Source: a virus (taxonomy: Duplodnaviria; Caudoviricetes). From it: a stretch of DNA of 56,206 bases. The notes beneath the pieces were generated by a model. That model was not told where the DNA came from, did no database searches, and saw only the letters and a list, made by a program, of their open reading frames with translations. Every line of letters begins with the position of its first letter. Positions within the stretch are counted from its first letter, which is position 1. The stretch lies in IMG/VR virus record IMGVR_UViG_3300030107_003883, positions 1 to 56,206 of that record, one strand, 5' to 3'. Of this stretch, positions 29,214 to 37,822 are shown in pieces. The translations under genes were made by a program, and so were the position numbers.

Positions 29214-32066
29214 ATGGCTTGTATTAAAGATCCGTATAAAGAAGATCTCATGAAGGTAGCTACTGCCTTTGAGAGAGATGCAAAGATAAAAGCATTTGGT
29301 TATGGAGACCCTTCAACTGGTGAGTGGCTATGGAATAAGTATGTAGGTGCTCCCAGAGATGCTACTAGACCTGTTACTCAAGTAGAACTTAACAAGTTTA
29401 AGTTAGGTATAGAAGAGTTTAAGAATAATCTAGGCAAGAAAGAGAATCCATTCTTTAAATGGTTTAAACTACCTAAAGCATTAATGCGTAAACTGCCTGA
29501 AACTTCTATGTTTGTAGAAGAGATGTCTAATGCTACTTCATTTAGACAGCGTAACCTTAAAGAAAGCTCTGTAGAGCTAGATAACATGTTCAATGGGCTG
29601 TACGATATGATACTTAAAGGTGATTACTATGGTGGTACACCGTGGTCTAAGTCTGAGCTTAAAAAGTATCAAAACTTAGAAAGAGATTTAGAAATAGCTA
29701 AGACTCCTACTGAGAGAATGGAAGCATTAAAAAGAATAACTGAAGTTGTTGGTGTTAAAGATGGCACTAACAATCCTGTAGGTGGTAAGCTTTTAAGAAG
29801 ATACAATGACCTCCTTACATTTAAAGAGCTACCTAAAACTAGAACTGAAGAGAGAATAGTAGAGAATTGGAATAAGCTTAGAGCTCGTTCAGCTAAAGCA
29901 TTACTTAATGGCATAGAGCAGTCTAAAGCTATTATAAAAACAGTTAATGATGTTGGTATGCGTAATGATCTTATAAAGTCTTTAGAACTGCTGCAATCTG
30001 CTGCAGAACGTATACATTTTCAACAGTCAACAGATGCTCAAACATATAGTGGTGCAATAGACAAGAAGACTGGTAGATTTAAGCTTGAAAACATGGATAT
30101 TAATATGAATGTATATGATGCTGAGACTGGTATGACTAAGCCATATAAAATGATCAATGAAAAAGGTGAGCGTGTTGTACCTAAAGAGCTTACTAAATAT
30201 GCTCCAGAATATGTTATAGAAATGTCAAATGTTGTAAGGAATATAACAGACTATGCTTCAAAGCCTAACGATACTAAATGGGCTAATAAAACATCAGAAC
30301 AAATAAGACTAGAGATAGAGAACAAGGTTGACCTTGGCAACATGATCAATAGACTTAAAGCACGTACTGATGTAGAGACAGGTAAGTTTTCTTCTTTAGA
30401 TCCTATATTCTATCTTAATAAGTATGTTAATGATGTAGCTCACTTTAACTATGTTACACGTGTTAATCTAGCTTACAAAAAAGCAGCTGATAAGATGTGG
30501 GATGTCACTAGAAGAAAAAATATTGGTACTGAACTAGGTGATTATGCTAGACAGATGGGTGACATGTTATCAGAGATAAGAGACTCTGCCTTAAATAACT
30601 ATGAAGGTGGTATCTCTCAAATGGATAGCATTGTTCGTTTTGTTAATGGTATGGAATATGTATCTAAGTTAGGTTGGAGTATACGTGGTGGTATACGTAA
30701 TAGATCTCAGATATTATTTGACTGGACTAGGTATGGTCATAAAGCCTGGACTAATGCATCTAAGTTCTATAATGTAAGAGAGCATGACCTTATGGCTACT
30801 AATCAGTTAAATAGATTTGGTATATTATTTGGTGAAAAAGCTCAAGCTAGTGCTGCTATTGCTACTGCAGGATCTATAGAAGCTGTTACTCCTGCTGGCA
30901 CAATGATGACTAGCGAAGGTGGGTTAAGAAGAAAACAAACTACTGTTGCAGAGAAAGCTGCATCTGGTATGGCTAAAGTAGCTGAGAAATCATCTTTACC
31001 TCTACAAATGGCAGAAAATGCTAACCGTACTGGTACATTTAAAAGATCATTTGCTTTAAACTTTAATGAAATGAACCGTAACAGAGCTTACTTTAAGCGT
31101 AAGTGGATGGAGTCTAAGAAGACTACTAAACCACCTGCAGAAGATGTATTAACTAAATACATAGAGAATCTAGCAGGTAATGCAGCGGCTAAAACAACAA
31201 GAGATCTTCACTTTGAGTATGATAACTGGGCTAAAGCTAAAGCATTACAAACTAAAACTGGCAAGGTAGTAGGACAGTTCCAGACATATAGATTTGCACT
31301 CTGGGATCTACAATTCCAAATGTTAAAAGATGCAAAACGTGCAGCAGGTGCTGGAAAGTATGGCTTGTTTGAAACTGATGCCAAAGGCAATGTTACTAGA
31401 ATAATGCCTGAAATACAGCAAGCAATGCGTTATCTATCTCTTTATTCTTTAGCTGTTCCACTTATATCTGCTGTAAGTAACCTAGATATGAGCAGTTTAA
31501 TACAGAATGAAACATATGATACTGCAGCCAGGTTCTTCGAATACTATACTGCTGATGAAGACAGCCCTGATGCATTAGAAGACAAGTATGGTCAGTTTTT
31601 TGGCAAGTCAGCATTAGCTGGTAACCTAGGTCCTTTCGTGTCAGATATACTTACTCTTACAGATCTATTTGACATATACGATTCAACCCCTGAAGAATTG
31701 CAAGAAACTATGAAGATGAAGTATGATCCCAAAGATCCAGACTGGTGGTATAAGTTTGCTAGAGTATTTAACATTCAGAGTTCTCGTACTGCATGGCATA
31801 CTATACCTGCACTACTTCAAGATCAATACGAACGTGCATTTAGAGTTGAAACAGGATTATATAAACCTAAACATATTTATGATTGGATGCGTAAGTCTGA
31901 TGATGCATTCTATAAACAGAGAAAAGATTGGCTCAAGAAGAGCCCGTACTCCCCCATGAACTGGGCTTATACAGGCACAGTTCTACCTAAAGTAAAGAAG
32001 AAAAAGAAGCGCAAAAATGCTGAAGCAGTGAACGTACTAGAAGGAATGCTAGCTGGTAGATATTAG
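29214..32066 (+). CDS. Large internal virion/ejection protein
   Basis: AAGGAG RBS; 950 aa, helical and basic; last gene of the late block. Confidence 0.55.
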   Translation: MACIKDPYKEDLMKVATAFERDAKIKAFGYGDPSTGEWLWNKYVGAPRDATRPVTQVELNKFKLGIEEFKNNLGKKENPFFKWFKLPKALMRKLPETSMFVEEMSNATSFRQRNLKESSVELDNMFNGLYDMILKGDYYGGTPWSKSELKKYQNLERDLEIAKTPTERMEALKRITEVVGVKDGTNNPVGGKLLRRYNDLLTFKELPKTRTEERIVENWNKLRARSAKALLNGIEQSKAIIKTVNDVGMRNDLIKSLELLQSAAERIHFQQSTDAQTYSGAIDKKTGRFKLENMDINMNVYDAETGMTKPYKMINEKGERVVPKELTKYAPEYVIEMSNVVRNITDYASKPNDTKWANKTSEQIRLEIENKVDLGNMINRLKARTDVETGKFSSLDPIFYLNKYVNDVAHFNYVTRVNLAYKKAADKMWDVTRRKNIGTELGDYARQMGDMLSEIRDSALNNYEGGISQMDSIVRFVNGMEYVSKLGWSIRGGIRNRSQILFDWTRYGHKAWTNASKFYNVREHDLMATNQLNRFGILFGEKAQASAAIATAGSIEAVTPAGTMMTSEGGLRRKQTTVAEKAASGMAKVAEKSSLPLQMAENANRTGTFKRSFALNFNEMNRNRAYFKRKWMESKKTTKPPAEDVLTKYIENLAGNAAAKTTRDLHFEYDNWAKAKALQTKTGKVVGQFQTYRFALWDLQFQMLKDAKRAAGAGKYGLFETDAKGNVTRIMPEIQQAMRYLSLYSLAVPLISAVSNLDMSSLIQNETYDTAARFFEYYTADEDSPDALEDKYGQFFGKSALAGNLGPFVSDILTLTDLFDIYDSTPEELQETMKMKYDPKDPDWWYKFARVFNIQSSRTAWHTIPALLQDQYERAFRVETGLYKPKHIYDWMRKSDDAFYKQRKDWLKKSPYSPMNWAYTGTVLPKVKKKKKRKNAEAVNVLEGMLAGRY

Positions 32067-32081
32067 CCAACTAGCACTCCT
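32042..32081. terminator. Hairpin at the convergence of the two transcription blocks (possible bidirectional terminator)
   Basis: Minus-strand ggagtgctagttgg/ccagctagcattcc 14-bp stem with G-U pairs; T-run follows on the + strand. Confidence 0.55.
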
Positions 32082-32116
32082 CGTTCGTTTTTAACGAAAA
32101 CTTAGCCCTATATATA

Positions 32117-32275
32117 CTAACGTTTCACTTTCTTTTTAGAAAGGCCCCCTCCCCTATAGTTAGGATTTTCAGAGCTTTTTACGTTTTTCATATAGCATTT
32201 AGCACAATAAGGAGTCTTATTATCTAAAACTTGTGCATATCTACTACATATAGTGCATTTAGGACTATCAGACAT
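32117..32275 (-). CDS. Small zinc-finger protein (52 aa; not in ORF track)
   Basis: MSDSPKCTICSR...YCAKCY...; TAATG coupling. Confidence 0.65.
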   Translation of the reverse strand: MSDSPKCTICSRYAQVLDNKTPYCAKCYMKNVKSSENPNYRGGGLSKKKVKR

Positions 32276-32478
32276 TAATTATACTCTGTATAATCAAAGC
32301 TAGTCTTATCATGAGAACTAAAAGTTTTCTTTATATCATCTTCTAAAACTGTTAAATTAGCTTTAGTCAGTGAAAATGCTTGATTTACATTCTTTATTTT
32401 TATACTATTAACCATTTCTAGAATGCTTTTAGCATATTGTACAAATGCAACTTTTAGTTTTTCTTCCTTATTACTCAC
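32275..32478 (-). CDS. Hypothetical protein
   Basis: AGGAGAG RBS; coupled to neighbours. Confidence 0.6.
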   Translation of the reverse strand: MSNKEEKLKVAFVQYAKSILEMVNSIKIKNVNQAFSLTKANLTVLEDDIKKTFSSHDKTSFDYTEYN

Positions 32479-32839
32479 TTTCTCTCCTTTCGTTTTCGTA
32501 TTCTAACATATCACAAAATGTAGTAAATGGCAGTGCCACATATGGCTGTTTACCATTCTTTTTAAAGACTATAGCTGGTGAACTCCCATCTGGATTATTA
32601 TCCTCACACTGTTCTATTGCTCTCCATATTTGTAGTCTTTCTACATTTTTGCATTCAAAGCTAAAGGTACAAACTTTCTTTGCTGCAGGCGATCTAACTA
32701 TATCTTCACCTGTCATTCCCATAGTTTGTGATTTAATGTCATCAGGTTCTAATTGAGTGTAAACTTCCCTCAACATATCACGAACATAGTTTTGTAGTCT
32801 TCTACCTTTTGCTTTACTTGCTTTTGCGCTTCTTGCCAA
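32471..32839 (-). CDS. Holliday junction resolvase-like PD-(D/E)xK nuclease
   Basis: KAKGRRLQ...GEDIV...FECKN; AAGGAG RBS + TTG. Confidence 0.85.
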   Translation of the reverse strand: MARSAKASKAKGRRLQNYVRDMLREVYTQLEPDDIKSQTMGMTGEDIVRSPAAKKVCTFSFECKNVERLQIWRAIEQCEDNNPDGSSPAIVFKKNGKQPYVALPFTTFCDMLEYENERRESE

Positions 32840-32972
32840 ATCCAGTCTCCTTTCTTAATCTCTCTAATGCTTTAGATATTTTATGCAAAGGAGTTTTCTC
32901 TTCTGGTATTATTTGCCCACACTCCGTGCAGGTTTTTAAAACGGGGCCTCAAGCTCTTCCACTTCCAGACAT
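32814..32972 (-). CDS. Candidate selenoprotein, 52 aa with UGA at codon 8 (MSGSGRA-U-GPVLKTCTECGQ...)
   Basis: AAGGAGG RBS at 32983-32989, ATG at 32972, in-frame TGA at 32951-32949, then 44 open codons with CxxC; SECIS-like hairpin 16 nt after the UGA. Confidence 0.6.
32916..32932 (-). promoter_or_regulatory. SECIS-like hairpin
   Basis: CCUGCAC-GGA-GUGUGGG; loop begins 23 nt after the UGA and starts with G. Confidence 0.55.
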
Positions 32973-33124
32973 AAGACTAATACCTCCTTTCCATATTGTA
33001 CTTTTCTAAAGATCTCGCCATCGTATATTTCACCTTTAATGTCAACAGTACCTTTAAACATAGGTTCGTTATCCATATCTTTATCATATGCCGAGTTCTT
33101 CAGGAAGTCTGACTGTAGTTTCAT
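32936..33124 (-). CDS. Small OB-fold/SSB-like protein
   Basis: NEPMFKGTVDIKG motif; acidic tail ending EAPF. Confidence 0.5.
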   Translation of the reverse strand: MKLQSDFLKNSAYDKDMDNEPMFKGTVDIKGEIYDGEIFRKVQYGKEVLVLCLEVEELEAPF

Positions 33125-33317
33125 TTATTTGCTCCCACTTTCTTAGGCTTTTTGACCCCACCTCTTTTCTTGCGCACTTTGCACATATCAGAGCCATTCT
33201 TATTCCCAGGAGATAAGATGCGTCCCCTATCCATAAATAAGCCGCCTTCTGGGCGTGAGATTGAGTCCCACATTGAGCGCATACTTTTATTATCTTCTTT
33301 CCTAGATGAACTACCAT
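33084..33317 (-). CDS. Zinc-finger protein
   Basis: CAQC...CAKC; GAGG RBS; overlaps the tail of the upstream gene. Confidence 0.55.
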   Translation of the reverse strand: MVVHLGKKIIKVCAQCGTQSHAQKAAYLWIGDASYLLGIRMALICAKCARKEVGSKSLRKWEQINETTVRLPEELGI

Positions 33318-33618
33318 TTTCTTCCTCTATCATACCCCATAAGAGCATTAAATATACTATACAGTCCGTAATTCGACCAGTTACGTCCTCTCTTTGTGAT
33401 TTATGGCCTTTTACATAAGCAGCAATACCATCTACATGCTTAAGTGTATATGTCATAAGTACTTTCTTCTTGTCTATTTCAAGCAAATTTGCCACTCTAT
33501 TAAAGTTAGCAAATACATCTTGATCATCATGAGCATATTCTTTTTGACCTTCATCTCTTATAGATATAACATTTTCTAGTATTGTATCCATAAGTTTATG
33601 CATTTCTTTATGAGTCAT
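33121..33618 (-). CDS. All-alpha nucleotide pyrophosphohydrolase-like protein (Nmad1/DUF1599-like)
   Basis: GQKEYAH...FANF...KHVD...EDVTGRITDCIVYLMLL. Confidence 0.6.
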   Translation of the reverse strand: MTHKEMHKLMDTILENVISIRDEGQKEYAHDDQDVFANFNRVANLLEIDKKKVLMTYTLKHVDGIAAYVKGHKSQREDVTGRITDCIVYLMLLWGMIEEENGSSSRKEDNKSMRSMWDSISRPEGGLFMDRGRILSPGNKNGSDMCKVRKKRGGVKKPKKVGANK

Positions 33619-35353
33619 CTCTAATAATCCTTACGTTATCTAGTTTAAGTCTTACTTGCAAGTGTTCTCTTTCTCTATTAGCATCAGATCTTAGATCTAA
33701 GTACTCTAGTTCTCCAGTCGTCATAGAACGTCTAGGAACAAGAGAAAGTAACTTATTCAAGTTGTACGCTACTCTAAATGAGCCTTTAGTAGAATGTAAA
33801 CCCATACCTTCAGTCATTGCAGTCTTATTTATTTCACTTACCGCAAATACTATGATATTATGCTTAACAGCTAGCTCCATCATTGCCTGTGATGCCTCTT
33901 CTACGCGCATATTAGGGTCTTTAAGGTTACTTTGAAACAAACCCATGTGATCTATCACAACAACTCTAGGCTTAACAGGAAGAGTCAATATAGTCTTTTC
34001 TAAATCTCTTGCAGATATAGGTGAATAATTCACTTGTAACCATTGAAACTTCTTATCTTGACCATTGTTATGATTTGCATAATGATCTCTTAACTGTTCT
34101 TCAGTCCAGCCATTTTCTATTTGTACAAATCTAGACCATATTTGTCTTGGAGACATCTCCATTTCTAAGAAATATGTTGGCACTTTAAATGCACACATCC
34201 AGTTTTGCAATAACATAGTCTTCATAGACTTAGGTGGTGCTTGTAAAACAACAACTTCACCTGGATATATAGGATAGTCACCTCCATATAACTGCCCTAA
34301 ATTTAAGGGAGTTACATCAGATTTGTAAAATTCTATAAGGTTAGTTTCCATGTCTGAAGCATCCATCATAGTCTGGCTTTTCTTATTTCTATACAGTCTA
34401 CATGTATTCTTGCAATATTCGTCCATAATAGGGTCACTACAGCCATATTTATTGCCTTGACCACCATGACCTTCATATGCACTAGTAACGATGCTATCCA
34501 TCTCTTTTTCAGAGAAAGGTTTATCATTGCCACTTACCTGTACTCTCCATACTTCCATAAGCATTCTTACTGTTTCTTCAGGATAAAGCCAACGAAACCA
34601 AGCACTTAGCCTTAATGCTACCATATGTCTTTTACCCATAGGTATAGACTGTATCATACTGCTAATACAAGGATACAAAGAAGGATCAGGAGATCTTCCT
34701 TGTGATAATTGTATGCTTTGAGTCTGTTTCTTTTCCTCTTCGCTTATAATTACATTAAATACAGGTTGTCCCTCCATAACTATATCACTCATAGGTTGAG
34801 GTTTCTTTGCATACTCTATAATAGCATTAACATCTCCTTCCAACATACCTTTTTGTAGCTCAACTTTATATGAGCCTGATTTATTATTTTTGGTATTTGG
34901 AACTCTTATTAATCTAAGCTTGTCTGTTACTGATGGATCAGCATATTCAAATATACCATGCTTTGTAAGTACAGTTTTTATCTTTGTATGCAGGTTCTTA
35001 TGTGGTCTATATGTAAATGAAGTACTAGGTATGTGAAAGTGGAATCCTGTTCCGCTAAAGAATGCTTTATATGGCACATCTAAGTCTTCAAGCATTAATT
35101 TTAGGCCAATAGCTTTCTTTTGTGCGTCATCAGGATTACCACCATCAACATCTAATATAAACTCTTCAGGTATATATATTTTACCATCATAACCAGACAA
35201 TTTCTTGTTTTCAGCAAAGTAGTCCTTAACATCATTATCGTATTCATATAATGACATAAAGGTGTCACTATGAAGATCCATCCAATTTACTATATTAGAT
35301 GAATCTTCAAAGTAATGTCTTCTTGATAAGCCGAACGCAAATTCTCTAATCAT
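33608..35353 (-). CDS. Primase-polymerase (AEP-type)/helicase fusion
   Basis: FILDVD, FSGTGFHFH and RLIRVPNT primase motifs; PCI...GKRH PriCT-like region; C-terminal RecA-like APPKSMKT, LEMEMS and VVVIDH. Confidence 0.8.
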   Translation of the reverse strand: MIREFAFGLSRRHYFEDSSNIVNWMDLHSDTFMSLYEYDNDVKDYFAENKKLSGYDGKIYIPEEFILDVDGGNPDDAQKKAIGLKLMLEDLDVPYKAFFSGTGFHFHIPSTSFTYRPHKNLHTKIKTVLTKHGIFEYADPSVTDKLRLIRVPNTKNNKSGSYKVELQKGMLEGDVNAIIEYAKKPQPMSDIVMEGQPVFNVIISEEEKKQTQSIQLSQGRSPDPSLYPCISSMIQSIPMGKRHMVALRLSAWFRWLYPEETVRMLMEVWRVQVSGNDKPFSEKEMDSIVTSAYEGHGGQGNKYGCSDPIMDEYCKNTCRLYRNKKSQTMMDASDMETNLIEFYKSDVTPLNLGQLYGGDYPIYPGEVVVLQAPPKSMKTMLLQNWMCAFKVPTYFLEMEMSPRQIWSRFVQIENGWTEEQLRDHYANHNNGQDKKFQWLQVNYSPISARDLEKTILTLPVKPRVVVIDHMGLFQSNLKDPNMRVEEASQAMMELAVKHNIIVFAVSEINKTAMTEGMGLHSTKGSFRVAYNLNKLLSLVPRRSMTTGELEYLDLRSDANREREHLQVRLKLDNVRIIRDDS

Positions 35354-35484
35354 TTGTTGTTACCTACCTCTCCTCTGGCTATTACTGTAGTTTTACATCT
35401 TTTACAGGTTTTTTGATGATTATGCATTCCCCAGAGTTTACCGCATTTACATCTTATGTGTTTTTCAAGCTCTTTATCCACCAT
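35350..35484 (-). CDS. Small zinc-ribbon protein (44 aa; not in ORF track)
   Basis: IRCKCGKLW...CKRCK; AAGGAG RBS; ATGA overlap with the primase gene. Confidence 0.65.
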   Translation of the reverse strand: MVDKELEKHIRCKCGKLWGMHNHQKTCKRCKTTVIARGEVGNNK

Positions 35485-35674
35485 CTTCTATCTCCTTATC
35501 ATTTATAAAAGTATTAGTTTCAAGCACAAGTCTTAATGCTTCACACCATCCTCTATTTTTCATAAAGTCAAAGTATAACAATCCTTCATCTCCGCTCATA
35601 TTCATTTTTACATAATCTTCATCTACTCTTTCACAATGTTTTAAGACCCTCTTTATTTGTAATGGGCTTAACAT
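35474..35674 (-). CDS. Hypothetical protein
   Basis: Coupled ORF; NRGWCEALRLVL. Confidence 0.6.
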   Translation of the reverse strand: MLSPLQIKRVLKHCERVDEDYVKMNMSGDEGLLYFDFMKNRGWCEALRLVLETNTFINDKEIEDGG

Positions 35675-36069
35675 ATGAAATCCACCAATGCTTTAACTAG
35701 CTCAGGAACTGCAATCTTCGGTAAATAAATAGGATTATGCTTGTCATCGCCAGTAACAGCAATACCATTAGCAGTAGAAGTAATTGTAAAGCATTTCCTG
35801 GGGTCTTTAGTAGCATTATCAATAGGCCATAAACTTTCTGCTTTAGGCCTTTCTTTGGGTTCTGGTACATCTGGGGTAGGTATCTCTTTTGCATGGTTTA
35901 GTCCTAACTCTTCTAATATTTTATCAGTTGCTTGCCTCATTCTAACTTTATTAGCTATAATGCCATCATTGCACATATGTAATAAGTCTTTTTGAAACAA
36001 TTTATACTTTCCGTTAACCACTTTCCAATGCAAATTATCTTTACCACACCCTCTATTACATGTTATCAT
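35668..36069 (-). CDS. Hypothetical protein with N-terminal Cys/His zinc motif
   Basis: CNRGCG...HMC; GGAGAG RBS. Confidence 0.6.
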   Translation of the reverse strand: MITCNRGCGKDNLHWKVVNGKYKLFQKDLLHMCNDGIIANKVRMRQATDKILEELGLNHAKEIPTPDVPEPKERPKAESLWPIDNATKDPRKCFTITSTANGIAVTGDDKHNPIYLPKIAVPELVKALVDFIC

Positions 36070-36103
36070 ATTCTCTCCGATGTTAGTAAGTTAATTCATA
36101 TAA

Positions 36104-36142
36104 AGCATTAAGGGGCCCCCGTTCAAAGACCCCTTATAATGC
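36104..36142 (-). terminator. GC-rich hairpin downstream of the SSB gene
   Basis: Minus-strand gcattat-aaggggtc / ggcccctt-aatgc stem followed by a U-rich tract. Confidence 0.45.
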
Positions 36143-36170
36143 AAACTCCTATAACCGCCTTCTCAACCAT

Positions 36171-36692
36171 TTAGAAGATAGGAGCCTCTACTTGTTCTGT
36201 TGTGCCATTAGCAGGAGCAGGTGTAGATCCGTCTTTTACATAATCTGTATAATACTTCTCTGCACGCCCTTTCCAATAGTCAACATCATTTTCAGTAAAT
36301 TGCTCAATAATGTTCTTAAACTCAGTTGGTGCACATTGCTTTAAAGCACGTGTGTATTCACCATCTTTATGAAAGTATACATTAAGCTCTTTCCCTGTTA
36401 AATGACTAGTATCATCATCAATCTTAACAACCACATTTCCATCTGGTCCGTCAAGTCCATCAGTAATACCAGCGTTAGCAAATCTAAAGACTTGTCCTAT
36501 TGCGAACTCTTCTCCATTGCTGCCTTTCTTTTCATAGACTCTCATGGTAAAGTTCTCAGGATAGTCGTTAAACCACACATCTAAGAATTTAGTGCCATTA
36601 TAGTCACCGTACTTCGCTTTTGAAACAGTAAGTGTATGCCAACCAGTTGTATAGTTAGTACCACCACCTTTTTTTACTGTGAGTGTTCTCAT
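36171..36692 (-). CDS. Single-stranded DNA-binding protein (phage OB-fold)
   Basis: TGWHTLTVSKA strand; acidic tail EQVEAPIF; follows the NTPase as in NTPase/SSB recombination modules. Confidence 0.65.
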   Translation of the reverse strand: MRTLTVKKGGGTNYTTGWHTLTVSKAKYGDYNGTKFLDVWFNDYPENFTMRVYEKKGSNGEEFAIGQVFRFANAGITDGLDGPDGNVVVKIDDDTSHLTGKELNVYFHKDGEYTRALKQCAPTEFKNIIEQFTENDVDYWKGRAEKYYTDYVKDGSTPAPANGTTEQVEAPIF

Positions 36693-37432
36693 TTAGTTTC
36701 TCCATTTACTAGTGTTTGCAAACTATAGGTCTTACCTGAACCTGGTGAACCTATTATTAGTACTTTAGCTCCATCAAAGCCCTTGTCACGAGCTGCTGAT
36801 ATAACTTTACCATAATCTTGGTCCATTTCAGCTTCTAATAAGCCTGTTCTATCCTTAGCATGATCATATTTTTCACTACGTGCAGTAACCCATAGATACT
36901 TTCTATTAGTTCCAGATACTACAGTTTTAGTATAAAATACAAAATCAAACCACTTGCTGATATCGTCTTTACTACTGCCATCTATATAAGGTATAACCTT
37001 ATTTCCATCATCCATTGTTTGAATTTTAGAATGACAGTTGCATATTACTATACCAGGGATTTTACTTACGAATGATAGAGCTCCATCAAGTTTATTCTTT
37101 AATTGACCCCATCCTTGTAACTTCATTTTACCATCTTTGTCAGATAGTTCTCTCATATACTTCTTAGATAACTCTGAGAATGTATCCAGAACTAAAGCAT
37201 CAATCTTGGTATCAGTTTGTGCTGTAACAACTGAGCGTTGTTCATCTATTTCTAGATCACCAATATTAACTTTAACAGTTTTGGTCTCTTCCTTATACAG
37301 CTTACCTATAGTATTTTGAAATTGACTAAAGGTACCAGGCTGCATGACTGGAAAGCCAAACTGCTTGTGAATATATTCTTTTGATCCGAGAGTTTGAGAA
37401 CCATGTTCTAGATCGAACATTAGTGTTTTCAT
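36689..37432 (-). CDS. Phage AAA_24/Sak4-like NTPase, circularly permuted (start likely 37432)
   Basis: AGGAGAG RBS 8 nt upstream; FDLEHG, LVLDTFSEL, LQGWG, CNCH and AKDR motifs; Walker A GSPGSGKT at the C-terminus. Confidence 0.75.
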   Translation of the reverse strand: MKTLMFDLEHGSQTLGSKEYIHKQFGFPVMQPGTFSQFQNTIGKLYKEETKTVKVNIGDLEIDEQRSVVTAQTDTKIDALVLDTFSELSKKYMRELSDKDGKMKLQGWGQLKNKLDGALSFVSKIPGIVICNCHSKIQTMDDGNKVIPYIDGSSKDDISKWFDFVFYTKTVVSGTNRKYLWVTARSEKYDHAKDRTGLLEAEMDQDYGKVISAARDKGFDGAKVLIIGSPGSGKTYSLQTLVNGETK

Positions 37433-37461
37433 GCGCATTTCTCTCCTTTTGTTGCGTGGTA

Positions 37462-37491
37462 AATATACCACTGTTTTTCTTTCCTTTGCAA
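37462..37491 (-). promoter_or_regulatory. Sigma70-type promoter for the replication genes
   Basis: TTGCAA-18-TATATT with extended -10 TG, just upstream of the RBS. Confidence 0.6.
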
Positions 37492-37499
37492 GGAAAACT

Positions 37500-37822
37500 T
37501 AGCGAGTGTCATATAGGCTAAGGTATTGGCTATAAGATATGCCAGGATTGCGCCCGTACGACCTTACGGTATCGTCTCTCCACTCGCTATAATACTTTGA
37601 AGAGAGGAAGAAACCTCGAAGTAACTCCCCCTCTTCTTGCATAACAAGGCTTAACATAACATGGATAATCACCACACAAATGGAGTGTTAAGCTATGTGT
37701 ATTTTGCTGCTTTGGGTTAGGTGAGCCAACCTATAATGGCCTGAGGGCCCAAATATCGAGCTAGCTTAAACTATAGCCTTACTCCCGCTAGGTTTCCAGA
37801 CTATGGTCCACAAATGGAACCC
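37500..37822 (-). ncRNA. Tandem run of about six stem-closed structured RNA elements
   Basis: Closing stems: tagcgagtg/cactcgcta (37500-37589), gaagag/ctcttc (37599-37636), gcttaaca/tgttaagc (37649-37693), tttggg/cccaaa (37711-37753), ctagc/gctag (37761-37791), ggtttcca/tggaacc (37791-37821). Confidence 0.5.

Noticed and set aside
1032-31959. Numerous short antisense or alternate-frame ORFs within the structural genes
   Set aside because: Shadow ORFs of long, coupled + strand genes, with no RBS or motifs
35474-35674. 66-aa protein ending in GG as a second E1 substrate
   Set aside because: No beta-grasp pattern; the GG codons arise from overlap with the next gene's start
37509-37580. Resemblance of gacgauacc...gggcgcaa to the c-di-GMP-I riboswitch
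   Set aside because: No GNRA loop/receptor or matching second stem; similarity too loose without a covariance-model hit
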